Positions 1-9,796 of a stretch of 64,000 nt of DNA are shown here, piece after piece. The DNA lies in NCBI GenBank assembly GCA_900318405.1, contig ONKP01000005.1:12162-76161 (forward strand), read 5' to 3'. Within the stretch, counting starts at the first letter, position 1; each line of letters starts with the position of its first letter. The notes under the pieces were generated by a model, which worked only from the letters and a program-made list of their open reading frames with translations, was not told where the DNA came from and made no database searches. This DNA comes from an uncultured Eubacteriales bacterium (GTDB lineage: Bacteria; Bacillota; Clostridia; Lachnospirales; Lachnospiraceae). Made by a program: the position numbers and the translations under genes.

Positions 1-1
1 T

Positions 2-1549
2 GAGACACTTTTCGAAGAGGAGACAAAGCCGGAACTGACCGGATATGACAAGGGTCAGGTTACAGAACTCGGTGCTGTCAACGTTATGACAGGTATCTAC
101 ACCGGACGTTCTCCCAAAGATAAATTCATCGTTATGGATGAGAACTCAAAGGACACCGTATGGTGGACTTCCGATGAGTACAAGAATGATAACCATCCGG
201 CTTCCAAGGAAGCATGGGAAGCAGTAAAGGACATCGCAAAGAAGGAGCTCTCCGACAAGAGACTGTTCGTTGTTGATGCTTACTGCGGAGCTAACAAGGA
301 TACCCGCATGGCCATCCGTTTCATCATGGAGGTCGCATGGCAGGCACACTTCGTACGCAACATGTTCATCAAACCTACCGATGAAGAGCTGAAGACCTTC
401 AAGCCGGATTTCGTTGTTTACAACGCTTCCAAGGCTAAGGTTACCAACTATAAAGAGCTCGGGCTGAACTCCGAGACAGCCGTAGTCTTCAACATCACCT
501 CCCGTGAGCAGGTTATTATCAACACCTGGTACGGCGGTGAGATGAAGAAGGGCATGTTCTCCATGATGAACTACTATCTGCCGCTGAAGGGCATTGCTTC
601 CATGCACTGCTCCGCGAACACCGATATGGAAGGCAAGAACACCTCCATCTTCTTCGGTCTGTCCGGAACCGGCAAGACAACGCTTTCCACTGATCCGAAG
701 AGACTTCTGATCGGTGATGATGAGCACGGCTGGGACGACAACGGTGTATTCAACTTCGAGGGCGGCTGCTATGCAAAGGTTATCAACCTCGATAAGGATT
801 CCGAGCCGGATATCTACAACGCTATCAGAAGAGATGCTCTTCTTGAGAACGTAACTGTTGACAAGGACGGCAAGATCGATTTCGCAGACAAGTCCGTTAC
901 AGAGAACACCCGTGTATCTTATCCGATCGAGCACATTGAGAAGATCGTTAAGAAGGTAAACGGCATCTCCGCAGGTCCTGATGCAAAGAACGTTATCTTC
1001 CTTTCCGCAGATGCATTCGGCGTGCTTCCGCCGGTTTCCATCCTGACACCGGAGCAGACAAAGTACTACTTCCTGTCCGGATTCACCGCTAAGCTGGCTG
1101 GTACAGAGCGCGGTATCACCGAGCCTACACCTACCTTCTCCGCATGCTTCGGTCAGGCATTCCTTGAGCTGCATCCGACCAAGTATGCTGAAGAGCTCGT
1201 GAAGAAGATGGAGAAGAGCGGAGCAAAGGCTTACCTTGTTAACACCGGTTGGAACGGCACCGGCAAGAGAATCTCCATCAAGGATACCCGTGGTATCATC
1301 ACAGCTATCCAGACCGGTGATGTAGACAAGGCTCCGACCAAGAAGATCCCGTACTTCGATTTCGAGGTTCCGACAGAGCTTCCGGGTGTAGATCCTGCGA
1401 TCCTTGATCCGCGTGATACCTATGCATCCGCTGATGAGTGGAACAAGAAGGCTGAGGATCTTGCCAACAGATTCATCAAGAACTTCAAGAAGTATGAGGG
1501 CAATGAGGCTGGTAAGGCACTGGTTGCTGCAGGTCCGCACATCGACTGA
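2..1549 (+). CDS. pckA: Phosphoenolpyruvate carboxykinase (ATP), 5'-truncated by the window edge
   Basis: Frame is open from position 2. Motifs [23 protein letters not shown] (P-loop), [18 protein letters not shown] and ENTRVSYP. Confidence 0.97.
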   Translation, partial: ETLFEEETKPELTGYDKGQVTELGAVNVMTGIYTGRSPKDKFIVMDENSKDTVWWTSDEYKNDNHPASKEAWEAVKDIAKKELSDKRLFVVDAYCGANKDTRMAIRFIMEVAWQAHFVRNMFIKPTDEELKTFKPDFVVYNASKAKVTNYKELGLNSETAVVFNITSREQVIINTWYGGEMKKGMFSMMNYYLPLKGIASMHCSANTDMEGKNTSIFFGLSGTGKTTLSTDPKRLLIGDDEHGWDDNGVFNFEGGCYAKVINLDKDSEPDIYNAIRRDALLENVTVDKDGKIDFADKSVTENTRVSYPIEHIEKIVKKVNGISAGPDAKNVIFLSADAFGVLPPVSILTPEQTKYYFLSGFTAKLAGTERGITEPTPTFSACFGQAFLELHPTKYAEELVKKMEKSGAKAYLVNTGWNGTGKRISIKDTRGIITAIQTGDVDKAPTKKIPYFDFEVPTELPGVDPAILDPRDTYASADEWNKKAEDLANRFIKNFKKYEGNEAGKALVAAGPHID

Positions 1550-1603
1550 GCTGAATATTTTTAAAGCAGCAGCAGCTGCATGAACTGAACAAAGTATAAG
1601 AAG

Positions 1604-1641
1604 GCGCCGCCACAGAGAGAAATCTCCGTGGCGGCGTTTTT
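1604..1641 (+). terminator. Rho-independent terminator of pckA
   Basis: GC-rich stem gcgccgccac...gtggcggcgt with a GAAA loop, followed by a T-run. Confidence 0.85.
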
Positions 1642-1661
1642 GCGTGTTTTTCAGTTGTGTA

Positions 1662-1690
1662 TTGACAAAGCTCCTGGTACTGTCTATAAT
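1662..1690 (+). promoter_or_regulatory. Sigma-A promoter for mccB-mccA
   Basis: Perfect TTGACA (1662-1667), 17-bp spacer, TATAAT (1685-1690). Confidence 0.85.
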
Positions 1691-1763
1691 TTTTAACATA
1701 GTAATCTTATTAAATAAGTATGATATATAGGAAATAAATAACCGGATACAGCAGGAGGGCAAG

Positions 1764-2921
1764 ATGAGCTACGATAAGGTCAATACAAAACTGATTCACG
1801 GCGGGATTCCGATGGACGAATATACAGGCGCTGTCAATGTACCTGTATATCTCACATCTACTTTCAAGCAGGACGGCCTTGGTGTGCGCAGGAGAGGCTA
1901 TGAATATGCGCGGACCGGCAACCCAACGAGAGAGGCGCTGGAGGCGCTGATCGCGGAACTGGACGGAGGGCTCGCCGGCTTTGCTTTTTCCTCGGGACTT
2001 GCTGCGATCGATACGGTGCTGAGCCTGTTCAAAGAGGGTGATGAGATCCTGACCTCCGAAAATGTTTACGGCGGCACGTTCCGTATTCTGGATCAGGTAT
2101 TCAGCCACTTCGGCATCAAAGGGCGTCTGGCGCATACGGAGGATCCGGCGCGCTTCGCAGCGGAGATTTCCGATCAGACAAAGGCAGTCCTGATCGAGAG
2201 CCCGGCGAATCCGCTCATGGAGATCACGGATATTCGCACCATTTCGGATATCGCGCATGAGAAGGGACTTACGGTCATTGTCGATAACACCTTCATGACG
2301 CCGTATCTGCAGAAGCCGATTGAACTCGGTGCGGATATCGTCGTTTACAGCGCGACCAAATATCTGGCGGGACACAGCGATCTGGTGGCCGGTCTGGTTG
2401 TTGTCACAACGGAGGAACTGAAGGAGCGGGTGGCTTTTCTGCAGAATTCCAAGGGCGCTGTTCTTCCGCCGTTTGATTCCTGGCTGCTGATCCGCGGCAT
2501 CAAGACACTGGGCGTGCGGCTTGACCGACACGTGGCCAATGCGGAGAAGATCGCCGCGTGGCTCGATGAAAACTCCGATGTCAAAACAGTGTACTACCCG
2601 GGACTGAAAAACAGCGCGGGCTATGAGATCAATAAAAAACAGGCCAGAAACGGCGGCGCGATGATGTCCTTTGAACTCACGGAGGATCATGATATTGCTG
2701 TATTTTTTGAGCAGCTGAGACTGATCATGCTCGCGGAGTCGCTCGGCGGCGTCGAGTCGCTGATCTGCCATCCGGCCAGCATGACACATGCATCGATCCC
2801 GAAGGAAATCCGTGAAAAGGTCGGCATCACAGATCAGCTGATCCGCCTTTCTCCCGGCATCGAAGATGTGGACGATATTATCGCCGATCTGGATCAGGCG
2901 ATCTGGAAGAGCCGTAAATGA
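1764..2921 (+). CDS. mccB: Cystathionine gamma-lyase / trans-sulfuration PLP enzyme (MccB-like)
   Basis: YEYARTGNPT, VDNTFMTP, YSATKYLAGHSD (PLP lysine), LAESLGGVESLI. Lies next to an MccA-like gene. Confidence 0.85.
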   Translation: MSYDKVNTKLIHGGIPMDEYTGAVNVPVYLTSTFKQDGLGVRRRGYEYARTGNPTREALEALIAELDGGLAGFAFSSGLAAIDTVLSLFKEGDEILTSENVYGGTFRILDQVFSHFGIKGRLAHTEDPARFAAEISDQTKAVLIESPANPLMEITDIRTISDIAHEKGLTVIVDNTFMTPYLQKPIELGADIVVYSATKYLAGHSDLVAGLVVVTTEELKERVAFLQNSKGAVLPPFDSWLLIRGIKTLGVRLDRHVANAEKIAAWLDENSDVKTVYYPGLKNSAGYEINKKQARNGGAMMSFELTEDHDIAVFFEQLRLIMLAESLGGVESLICHPASMTHASIPKEIREKVGITDQLIRLSPGIEDVDDIIADLDQAIWKSRK

Positions 2922-3046
2922 TGCGATGACAGTATGCGGCACGTATAGTATGGGGTTTGCTGGAAACAGCAGTGTATAACAGGCAGAACCGCCAAATCGT
3001 CAGGGCAGGAGGCTGTCATGCAGGAAAGACGGCCACAGGAGGAATT

Positions 3047-3967
3047 ATGTCAGATTATTATGAGGACATGCATGAGCTGATCGGCAATACGCCGATGGTG
3101 AAGCTGAATCATATCGGGGTAAAAAATAATGTCGGCATTTTTGCCAAGCTGGAGTACTGGAATCCGACGGGAAGCGTAAAGGACCGGACGGGCTGGTATA
3201 TGGTCGAGGCAGCCGAGAAGGACGGCTCGCTGAAACCGGGCGGCACGATCATCGAGGGAACGGCGGGCAATACAGGCCTCGGCATTGCTTTTGCCGCCAT
3301 GAACAAGGGGTATCACGTGATCTTCGTTGTGCCGACGAAATTCTCAGAGGAGAAGCAGACACTGATGCATGCACTCGGTGCGGAGATCATCAATACGCCG
3401 CGCGAGAAGGGCATGCTCGGTGCCGTGGCGAAGGCGAATGAACTGCATGCCGAGATCGAAAACTCGGTCATGATGGGACAGTTTACCAACCCGGCCAACC
3501 CGCGGGCGCATTATGAGACGACCGGTAAGGAAATCTACCGTCAGATGGACGGGAAGATCGATTATTTCGTCGCGGGAGCCGGCAGCGGCGGAACGTACAC
3601 GGGAATCATGAAATACCTGAAGGAACAGAATCCTTCCATTCAGGGCATTCTGGCGGATCCCGTGGGATCGACGATCGGCGGCGGAGAACACGGCGATTAC
3701 AATATCGAGGGAATCGGCAATGATTTTATTCCGGGAACCATGGACATGTCGCTCGTGGATGACGTAATTAAGGTCAATGATGACGAAGCCTGGGAGAATT
3801 CCCGTCTGCTCTGCAGCCATGAGGGGATCATCGTCGGATCTTCTTCCGGCGCTGCCCTGGCTGCCTCGATAAAACTCGCCGACAGGATCGGAAGCGGGAC
3901 GATTGTGACGCTGTTTCCTGATCGCGGGGACCGCTATTTCAGTGCACATCTGTATGCGGACAACTGA
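3047..3967 (+). CDS. mccA: O-acetylserine-dependent cystathionine beta-synthase / cysteine synthase family (MccA-like)
   Basis: KLEYWNPTGSVKDR, EGTAGNTGLG, VPTKFSEEKQ, GAGSGGT, IEGIG. ATG at 3047 follows the RBS aggagg. Confidence 0.8.
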   Translation: MSDYYEDMHELIGNTPMVKLNHIGVKNNVGIFAKLEYWNPTGSVKDRTGWYMVEAAEKDGSLKPGGTIIEGTAGNTGLGIAFAAMNKGYHVIFVVPTKFSEEKQTLMHALGAEIINTPREKGMLGAVAKANELHAEIENSVMMGQFTNPANPRAHYETTGKEIYRQMDGKIDYFVAGAGSGGTYTGIMKYLKEQNPSIQGILADPVGSTIGGGEHGDYNIEGIGNDFIPGTMDMSLVDDVIKVNDDEAWENSRLLCSHEGIIVGSSSGAALAASIKLADRIGSGTIVTLFPDRGDRYFSAHLYADN

Positions 3968-3979
3968 GAATATATGGCG

Positions 3980-4033
3980 GAAAACAGCCCTTCCTTCGTA
4001 CATCAGCAGATGTATGAAGAAAGGGCTGTTTTC
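3980..4033. terminator. Long hairpin between convergent mccA and mgtE, probable bidirectional terminator
   Basis: 25-bp stem (gaaaacagccc...gggctgttttc) with 2 non-canonical positions and a 4-nt loop. Confidence 0.65.
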
Positions 4034-4139
4034 TATGCGCCGCTTCGCACTGCGCACGTATATCGTCGCAAAGCCATAGTCGGCCTTGCACACCCTTCGG
4101 GTGTGCAGCCCGCCTCTGGCATGCGACGGACTTATACAC

Positions 4140-5540
4140 TTACATCAGCAGGGGAAGAAAGAGCTTTGCGAGTCCGAGGAAGATGAAGAAACCGAGCACA
4201 TCCGTCGCCGTGGTGACAAAAATAGACGAGGATACGGCGGGGTCCGCATGACATTTTTCCAGAATGAGCGGTACGAGGAAGCCGAAGACGGAGGATACCA
4301 GCATATTGCCGATCATGGCTATGAAGGCGATGACGCCGAGCCAGGCGTTGCCGTACATCAGACTCACGATGACACCGGTGACGAGACCGGTGGAGGCGCC
4401 GTCAATCAGGCCTAGCAGCAGCTCCTTGCAGAACGGCTTCCAGCATTCCCGGAAGGTCAGATCCTTCTGCGCCAGCTGTCGCACGAGGATGGAGAGTGTC
4501 TGCGTGCCTGCGTTACCGCCCATGCCGCTGATGATCGTCATGATGGCGGACAGAGCCACCACCTGCTCGATTGTACTCTCAAAGAGCTTGACCGTAAAAG
4601 AGGCCAGAAAAGCTGTCGCCAGATTGACCATGAGCCAGGGAAGCCGCAGCCGGACGGATTCTCCGAGCGAGGTGTCCAGACTCTCTTCCTTGGACACGCC
4701 GGCCATCTCCAGGATATCTTCGTTGTACTCATCTACGATGACATCGAGAACATCATCGACGGTGACAACACCAAGGATGTGCTTATTCGGGCTGACGACG
4801 GGAATGGAGTTCAGGTCGTATTTGGAAACCAGGCGGGCAACGTCCTCCTGGTCGGTTTCCGGCAGAACAGAGATCACGCGGTCATCCATCAGATCGGACA
4901 GGCGCGTGGATTTGGGTGAGGCGAGGATCTGTCGCAGATCGACGTAGCCGACCAGGCTTCCCGTGTTATCAATGACGTAGATCGTCTCGATATCCTCTGT
5001 CTTTGGACCGATGGCCCTGATCTTCTCCAGTCCGTATTCGGCAGTGTAGTCGCCCCGCAGTGCAATATAGGCCGTGGTCATAATACCGCCGGCGGATTCC
5101 TCCGGATAACGCAGGAGATTGGTAATGATCTTCCGGTCGTCCGCCTTCATCAGATTGATGACATCCTTGCGCCGGCCGATCGGGAAGTCGCTCAGCATAT
5201 CGACGATATCATCCTTCTGCATATATTCGAAGGCTGTCAGCAGTCGGTGATTGTCCAGCGCATGCGCGATGCGGATACGCTCTTTGTCCTCTGCTTCCTC
5301 CATGGTTCCGGCGAGTTCGTCATCGTCCATGATGGGCGTGAGCTGACTGAGCTCTTCGTCGTCAAGATTTTCCAGCAGAAGGGCAAAGTCGATGGGCTCC
5401 ATGCTGTCATATAATTCGGACAGACCTTTGGAATCCTGTTTTTCTATAATGGTATGCAATTGTCGGAGGCGCATCTGGTTCCTTACTTCGGAGTCAAAGG
5501 TTTCCTTGTCCATCTGCACGCTGCTGTTTTCTTCGCTCAT
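4140..5540 (-). CDS. mgtE: Magnesium transporter MgtE
   Basis: MgtE N-domain, CBS pair (ESAGGIMTT, GVVTVDDVLD) and TM domain (RLPWLMVNL, GMGGNAGTQ, DPAVSSSIFVTTATD). ATG at 5540 follows ggaggt. Confidence 0.95.
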   Translation of the reverse strand: MSEENSSVQMDKETFDSEVRNQMRLRQLHTIIEKQDSKGLSELYDSMEPIDFALLLENLDDEELSQLTPIMDDDELAGTMEEAEDKERIRIAHALDNHRLLTAFEYMQKDDIVDMLSDFPIGRRKDVINLMKADDRKIITNLLRYPEESAGGIMTTAYIALRGDYTAEYGLEKIRAIGPKTEDIETIYVIDNTGSLVGYVDLRQILASPKSTRLSDLMDDRVISVLPETDQEDVARLVSKYDLNSIPVVSPNKHILGVVTVDDVLDVIVDEYNEDILEMAGVSKEESLDTSLGESVRLRLPWLMVNLATAFLASFTVKLFESTIEQVVALSAIMTIISGMGGNAGTQTLSILVRQLAQKDLTFRECWKPFCKELLLGLIDGASTGLVTGVIVSLMYGNAWLGVIAFIAMIGNMLVSSVFGFLVPLILEKCHADPAVSSSIFVTTATDVLGFFIFLGLAKLFLPLLM

Positions 5541-5731
5541 GGCTGTGCACCTCCTTTTTCGAATGCGGCGCACGGGCAGAGCGCTGGCGCCGTCAGGGCT
5601 GTCGGACACTTCAGCCACATGGTTCTGCGGGAGAGGTCAGAAAGCCTTTACCAGTATACCAGTATTCGGCGGAATTGTTGCACCCGAAATGTAAATTCGG
5701 GATTAACTCTCTTTCCTGTCCACTTTCTTAT

Positions 5732-5803
5732 TTACGCAAACGTCGCGATAACGGGATAAAACTTGTGAAGCGTGTTTTATCCCGTTATCGCGACGTTGCG
5801 TAA
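5732..5803. repeat. About 30-bp near-perfect inverted repeat
   Basis: ttacgcaaacgtcgcgataacgggataaaac / 11-nt loop / gttttatcccgttatcgcgacgttgcgtaa, with one bulged A. Confidence 0.9.
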
Positions 5804-5991
5804 TGAGGAGAAAATGAAGACAGCAGCCAGCGCAAGTCAGATGTTTCGCCAGATAAAACGCGTAATGATTCAAACGAAGTGAGATATAAGCGGGTTCCAG
5901 TGCAAATCCGGAATCCGCTTATTCAATTCACAGCCTATCCTGTGATAGAATAGATCTGTTGCGTGAATGTATTCTTGACAGGAGAAGCCTC

Positions 5992-7530
5992 ATGGGAATG
6001 CTATTTGATATTGTGCCGCGGCGTTTTTTCAACCCGCTCGCCGCAGTCACCAACGGCAGCAGCGGCCAGATCTGCGCTTCATGCCTGTTGTCCTTTAATC
6101 AGCTGTTTGCGTCAGAGGCTCAGGTGCCCAGAGAAGAAGTCCGCGATGCTGTCGTCGATGTTCTGGCAGCGGGCAACATTACCGGAATCGATGATCCACT
6201 TCTTGAGCCTGAGGCAGAAGCGAAGGATGACTTCCTGGCTGCGCGTAAAGAAAAGAATATGTCGCAGGAACAGGTGTCTGACGAAGATGAAGAAATCAGG
6301 CTGCGGATGGACCTGGCAAACCGTATTCTGAAATACCTCTCGGATGAAGAAGTCGGCTGGATCGAGGAGGGTGTGGATAACGGAACGCTCCACAGAACCT
6401 TCATGATCACGGAGCAGGCCATGCTGCTGGCAGATTATATCGAACGGGCATCTTCACAGAAATTTGATGAGATGTCTAATTATCTCTATAACTCTTATCT
6501 GGTTGTCACCGATTTTTCCAAGAATGTGGAGGATCGAATGAACAATCACCCATATACATCCGTTATTCTCAATGTGTACAGCAATATCGTAAAACTGAAC
6601 GGACAGCTGAAACTGCTTCGGCGCTCTATACGCAGAATCGTGAAGAAGGTCACGGGAAGTCTTAGCTTTGATGAACTCATGGATCATCTGAGTGAATACC
6701 TTGACGGAGAATTCATCGGTGAATTCACCCGACTGATCAATAATGAAAACGCGTCTCTGTTCAGCGGACCGATCCTTACGACACTGCACCGGCTGGTCGG
6801 CCGGGAGAAAACACGGGATATTTTTATCACGGACTGTATGGCCACCTACCGCGATGAGCAGATGACGCGCCAGCAGGCACTGGATCGCGTCATGGATCAG
6901 GTCGGCTATGTGGAGGATTTCCTGAAAAACGGCTACAACGGCATCATCCGTGATATCCGGAATCAGATGGTTGACTATATCATGATCACACGCCTGAAGC
7001 TGAAGATGGGGATGGACCTCTCCGCCGGCAGTCAGGACAGAATTGCGCATTTTCTGCAGATTCTGGCGAAGCTTGATCCCGGCATGGAACTGCCGGAGGA
7101 AATGAACGCTGCTTTCCGCATGACGCATATGGATTTTATCTCTACGCAGTCAGTACGGGGCGCCCGCATTGTGCATGGCAAGATCGACGCGGCGCCCGCT
7201 GACGCTGTGACCCTCTCGGAGGATGAGCTGGAAGAGGCGAGGATGGAACTGAAGAACCAGTCAGAATCGCCGCACACGCGTCAGAAGATGAAGATTTACA
7301 CTGATTTTTATAAGAAGGATCATGTCGTCAGGGCATCCGACCTGCCCCTTGCGACAAAGGAGGATATTACCAATGATCTGGCTGCCGCGTCGTTTGCCGG
7401 CACTAATGACATGCGGGTGACGGTGGATGAACATTACCTGCAGTCCGGAACGATGCGTATGCGCGATTTTACACTGGTGGATGAAGAGGTCTCCGGAAAG
7501 GAACAGAACAATGGAAAATCTGACATATGA
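5992..7530 (+). CDS. jetA: Wadjet subunit JetA (DUF5716-like)
   Basis: First gene of a four-gene operon whose downstream genes are an SMC-like ATPase and a TOPRIM protein. N-terminus LFDIVPRRFFNPLA resembles DUF5716. RBS aggag precedes ATG 5992. Confidence 0.8.
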   Translation: MGMLFDIVPRRFFNPLAAVTNGSSGQICASCLLSFNQLFASEAQVPREEVRDAVVDVLAAGNITGIDDPLLEPEAEAKDDFLAARKEKNMSQEQVSDEDEEIRLRMDLANRILKYLSDEEVGWIEEGVDNGTLHRTFMITEQAMLLADYIERASSQKFDEMSNYLYNSYLVVTDFSKNVEDRMNNHPYTSVILNVYSNIVKLNGQLKLLRRSIRRIVKKVTGSLSFDELMDHLSEYLDGEFIGEFTRLINNENASLFSGPILTTLHRLVGREKTRDIFITDCMATYRDEQMTRQQALDRVMDQVGYVEDFLKNGYNGIIRDIRNQMVDYIMITRLKLKMGMDLSAGSQDRIAHFLQILAKLDPGMELPEEMNAAFRMTHMDFISTQSVRGARIVHGKIDAAPADAVTLSEDELEEARMELKNQSESPHTRQKMKIYTDFYKKDHVVRASDLPLATKEDITNDLAAASFAGTNDMRVTVDEHYLQSGTMRMRDFTLVDEEVSGKEQNNGKSDI

Positions 7531-8221
7531 ACAGCAGCTGGAAGCCCTTTCGGCAGAGGAGAGTGATACGATGCGCATGTGCGTGCGCACGCTGCTGTCA
7601 AGGACATTTATTGTGAGATCCAGGGACAGAGGACTGTTTCGCTTTGCCTCCACGCATCGCGACCTTATCGATCAGAGCCTCAGAACAGCGGGATTTCAGC
7701 TGTTTGTCGATGAGGATTACGGTGTCTGCATGCTGCGTGACAAAGGAGAGATGAAGCAGGGGCAGCCGGCTGTCAACCGGAAGACGTTTTATGTGCGGGA
7801 GAGTGTCCTGTACTGCGCACTCACCTGGCTTTATATGCGCAAAATGAATGACATCATGGACCGGGTGATCACGATCAGTGTGCAGGAACTCATGCAGACA
7901 CTGGAGCAGTTTGAAATCCGCACAGGCTACAGGACGGCTTATAATCTGACGTCGCTGAAGGATATTCTGAAGATGTTTTCACGATACAATCTGGTCGAAG
8001 TGAGTGGTACGCTCGGAGATCCGGACTGTGTGATCGTTCTCTATCCGACGCTGATGTTCGGCCTGAATCCCGAGGAGATGCAGCGTTTCCTGGATAACCG
8101 CGAAGCTACTTTCTATACGGCTGCCAGACAGACACCGGAGCAGCGGGAGGAAGCTGAGGCTGAAGAAGCCGAAGAGGATCAGGAAGATGAAGAATCGGAT
8201 GACACAGCTACAGAAGAATGA
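7511..8221 (+). CDS. jetB: Wadjet subunit JetB (DUF4194-like)
   Basis: Overlaps the jetA stop. About 236 aa with winged-helix-like C-part (LKMFSRYNLV...IVLYPTL) and an acidic tail. Confidence 0.8.
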   Translation: MENLTYEQQLEALSAEESDTMRMCVRTLLSRTFIVRSRDRGLFRFASTHRDLIDQSLRTAGFQLFVDEDYGVCMLRDKGEMKQGQPAVNRKTFYVRESVLYCALTWLYMRKMNDIMDRVITISVQELMQTLEQFEIRTGYRTAYNLTSLKDILKMFSRYNLVEVSGTLGDPDCVIVLYPTLMFGLNPEEMQRFLDNREATFYTAARQTPEQREEAEAEEAEEDQEDEESDDTATEE

Positions 8222-8230
8222 GGAGAAATC

Positions 8231-9796
8231 ATGTCAGAAACGGTATCAGTAAAAACACCGGAAGAAATACTCTGCGAGAAAAAGACGCGGCAGATCAGGG
8301 ATGTTCTGATCACAAACTGGGCTGTGTATACCTGTTCGCGTTTCCGCGTCAATGGCTCGGCTCTGATCACCGGTGTCAATGAGTCGGGCAAATCCACTGC
8401 CATCGATGCGCTGGTCTATGCGATGTTCGGTATCACGGATTTCAATCTGCAGGCAGGCGGCGGAGATGATGAGAGAAGTGTGTATGCCTATGTGATTGGC
8501 GACACCAAGGACAATGAGGACCGCTATCTGCGCGGGGACAGGGATGTGACGAGCTATATCGCGCTGGATATCTGGAATCCGGTGGATCACAGGTATCTGA
8601 CCGAGGGCGTCTGCATCGAGCTCTTCCGGAATGAGAACAGAACACATGCCCGATGGTTCGTTGTGCAGGATGCTGTGATCGATGACTTCAATTTCTACAA
8701 AAAAGAAGGCAACCGCATTGTTTTTACGGCGCGGCAGGATCTCCGCTGCAAGGGAAAGAAAGTGGAGATGATGAAGAAGGAGGTCGGGATCGCCACTTTT
8801 CTCCGTGCCTGCGGTGTTCATCTCAATGAAGACGGTGTGCGTACGCTCCGCGGAAAAATCAAGCGGCTTCTCGCCTGCGGGCGGAAGAAGATGGACATTA
8901 ACTCCTTCATCCGCGAGTCGATTTTTGAAGAGGATACCACGGCGGCGGATTCCCTGCAGAATATCATCCGTCATCGCGATGAATACAATCAGCTGCTGGC
9001 GGCTCTGAGAGAGCTGATCCATGAGAAAAATTTACTCCAGGAGATCGAGCAGGCATACTTTACCTATATGAAGGAGGAGTCCCGGCAGCATCAGCTGGAG
9101 ATCGCGCATAAAAATGTGATCTACCTCCGTCAGAAGGAGAAGAACGATCAGACACTGCAGGAAATCCGGGGTTATGCAGATCGCCATACAGTGCTGGATA
9201 AGCAGATCAAAAAGGCGGATAAGGTGAGACAGAAGGCGGATCACACGCTGATGGATCTGCAGGTGTCGCTGGCGCAGCAGAGCGCACCGATTGAAAAAAT
9301 GCGTGAGGAGATCACGGAGCTGAAAGTCAGCCGGGAAGCAGTGGAGGAGCAGATCGATGTTCTGAAAGGACTCCGTCATCGTGTAGAAAAAGTATTCGAC
9401 GGGGCGGAAGAGATTTCAGGCGTGAAGGACTTCTTCAGCACCAATGCCATGTCTGTGATCGGAGCGCTGACAGAAGGCAGATACAGTGAGCAGGAGATGA
9501 CAGCGGCACTGCAGCAGGCGGAGGCGGCGAGGACTGCCCTCTGCGAATATCAGGACGGGCAGAAAACGGATCTCAGTGTCAGGCTTCGTGACAGCAGGGA
9601 AAAGACAGACAGGCTGCGCCATGAGATCAGTGTTCTGAAGATGAACCGCCGTATCCTGCCGCCGAAGATGGAACCCGAACTCGACAAGCTTTTCTGGCGG
9701 GCAGGCGTTTCAATATTATTGTGGAGCCGAAGGATGTGCCGGCTGTGCTGCAGATCATCCATGACCATCATTTTTATCATCTGTACCTGGTTCTGA
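8231..9796 (+). CDS. jetC: Wadjet SMC-like ATPase JetC, N-terminal fragment (frameshifted)
   Basis: Walker A ITGVNESGKST, Q-loop region FNLQAG, R-loop ERSVYAYV, then coiled coil. Frame loses plausibility after about 9690. Confidence 0.85.
   Translation: MSETVSVKTPEEILCEKKTRQIRDVLITNWAVYTCSRFRVNGSALITGVNESGKSTAIDALVYAMFGITDFNLQAGGGDDERSVYAYVIGDTKDNEDRYLRGDRDVTSYIALDIWNPVDHRYLTEGVCIELFRNENRTHARWFVVQDAVIDDFNFYKKEGNRIVFTARQDLRCKGKKVEMMKKEVGIATFLRACGVHLNEDGVRTLRGKIKRLLACGRKKMDINSFIRESIFEEDTTAADSLQNIIRHRDEYNQLLAALRELIHEKNLLQEIEQAYFTYMKEESRQHQLEIAHKNVIYLRQKEKNDQTLQEIRGYADRHTVLDKQIKKADKVRQKADHTLMDLQVSLAQQSAPIEKMREEITELKVSREAVEEQIDVLKGLRHRVEKVFDGAEEISGVKDFFSTNAMSVIGALTEGRYSEQEMTAALQQAEAARTALCEYQDGQKTDLSVRLRDSREKTDRLRHEISVLKMNRRILPPKMEPELDKLFWRAGVSILLWSRRMCRLCCRSSMTIIFIICTWF

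Noticed and set aside
146-1762. 538-aa minus-strand ORF over pckA, and similar long antisense ORFs (1710-2942, 19060-20358, 23504-25480, 26168-27391, 27840-29213, 60536-62278)
   Set aside because: They mirror well-identified plus-strand genes, lack recognisable motifs, and are expected shadow frames from codon bias.
1691-1763. Possible SAM riboswitch or T-box before mccB
   Set aside because: The leader is too short (~70 nt) and AT-rich, with no S-box or T-box core.
5541-5700. Possible M-box (ykoK) Mg2+ riboswitch upstream of mgtE
   Set aside because: No recognisable M-box consensus. A plausible minus-strand -10 (TATACT, 5654-5659) leaves a leader of only ~100 nt. An Rfam scan would be decisive.
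9680-9700. Programmed -1 ribosomal frameshift in jetC
   Set aside because: No XXXYYYZ heptamer or obvious downstream stimulatory structure; a mutation or sequencing error is more parsimonious.
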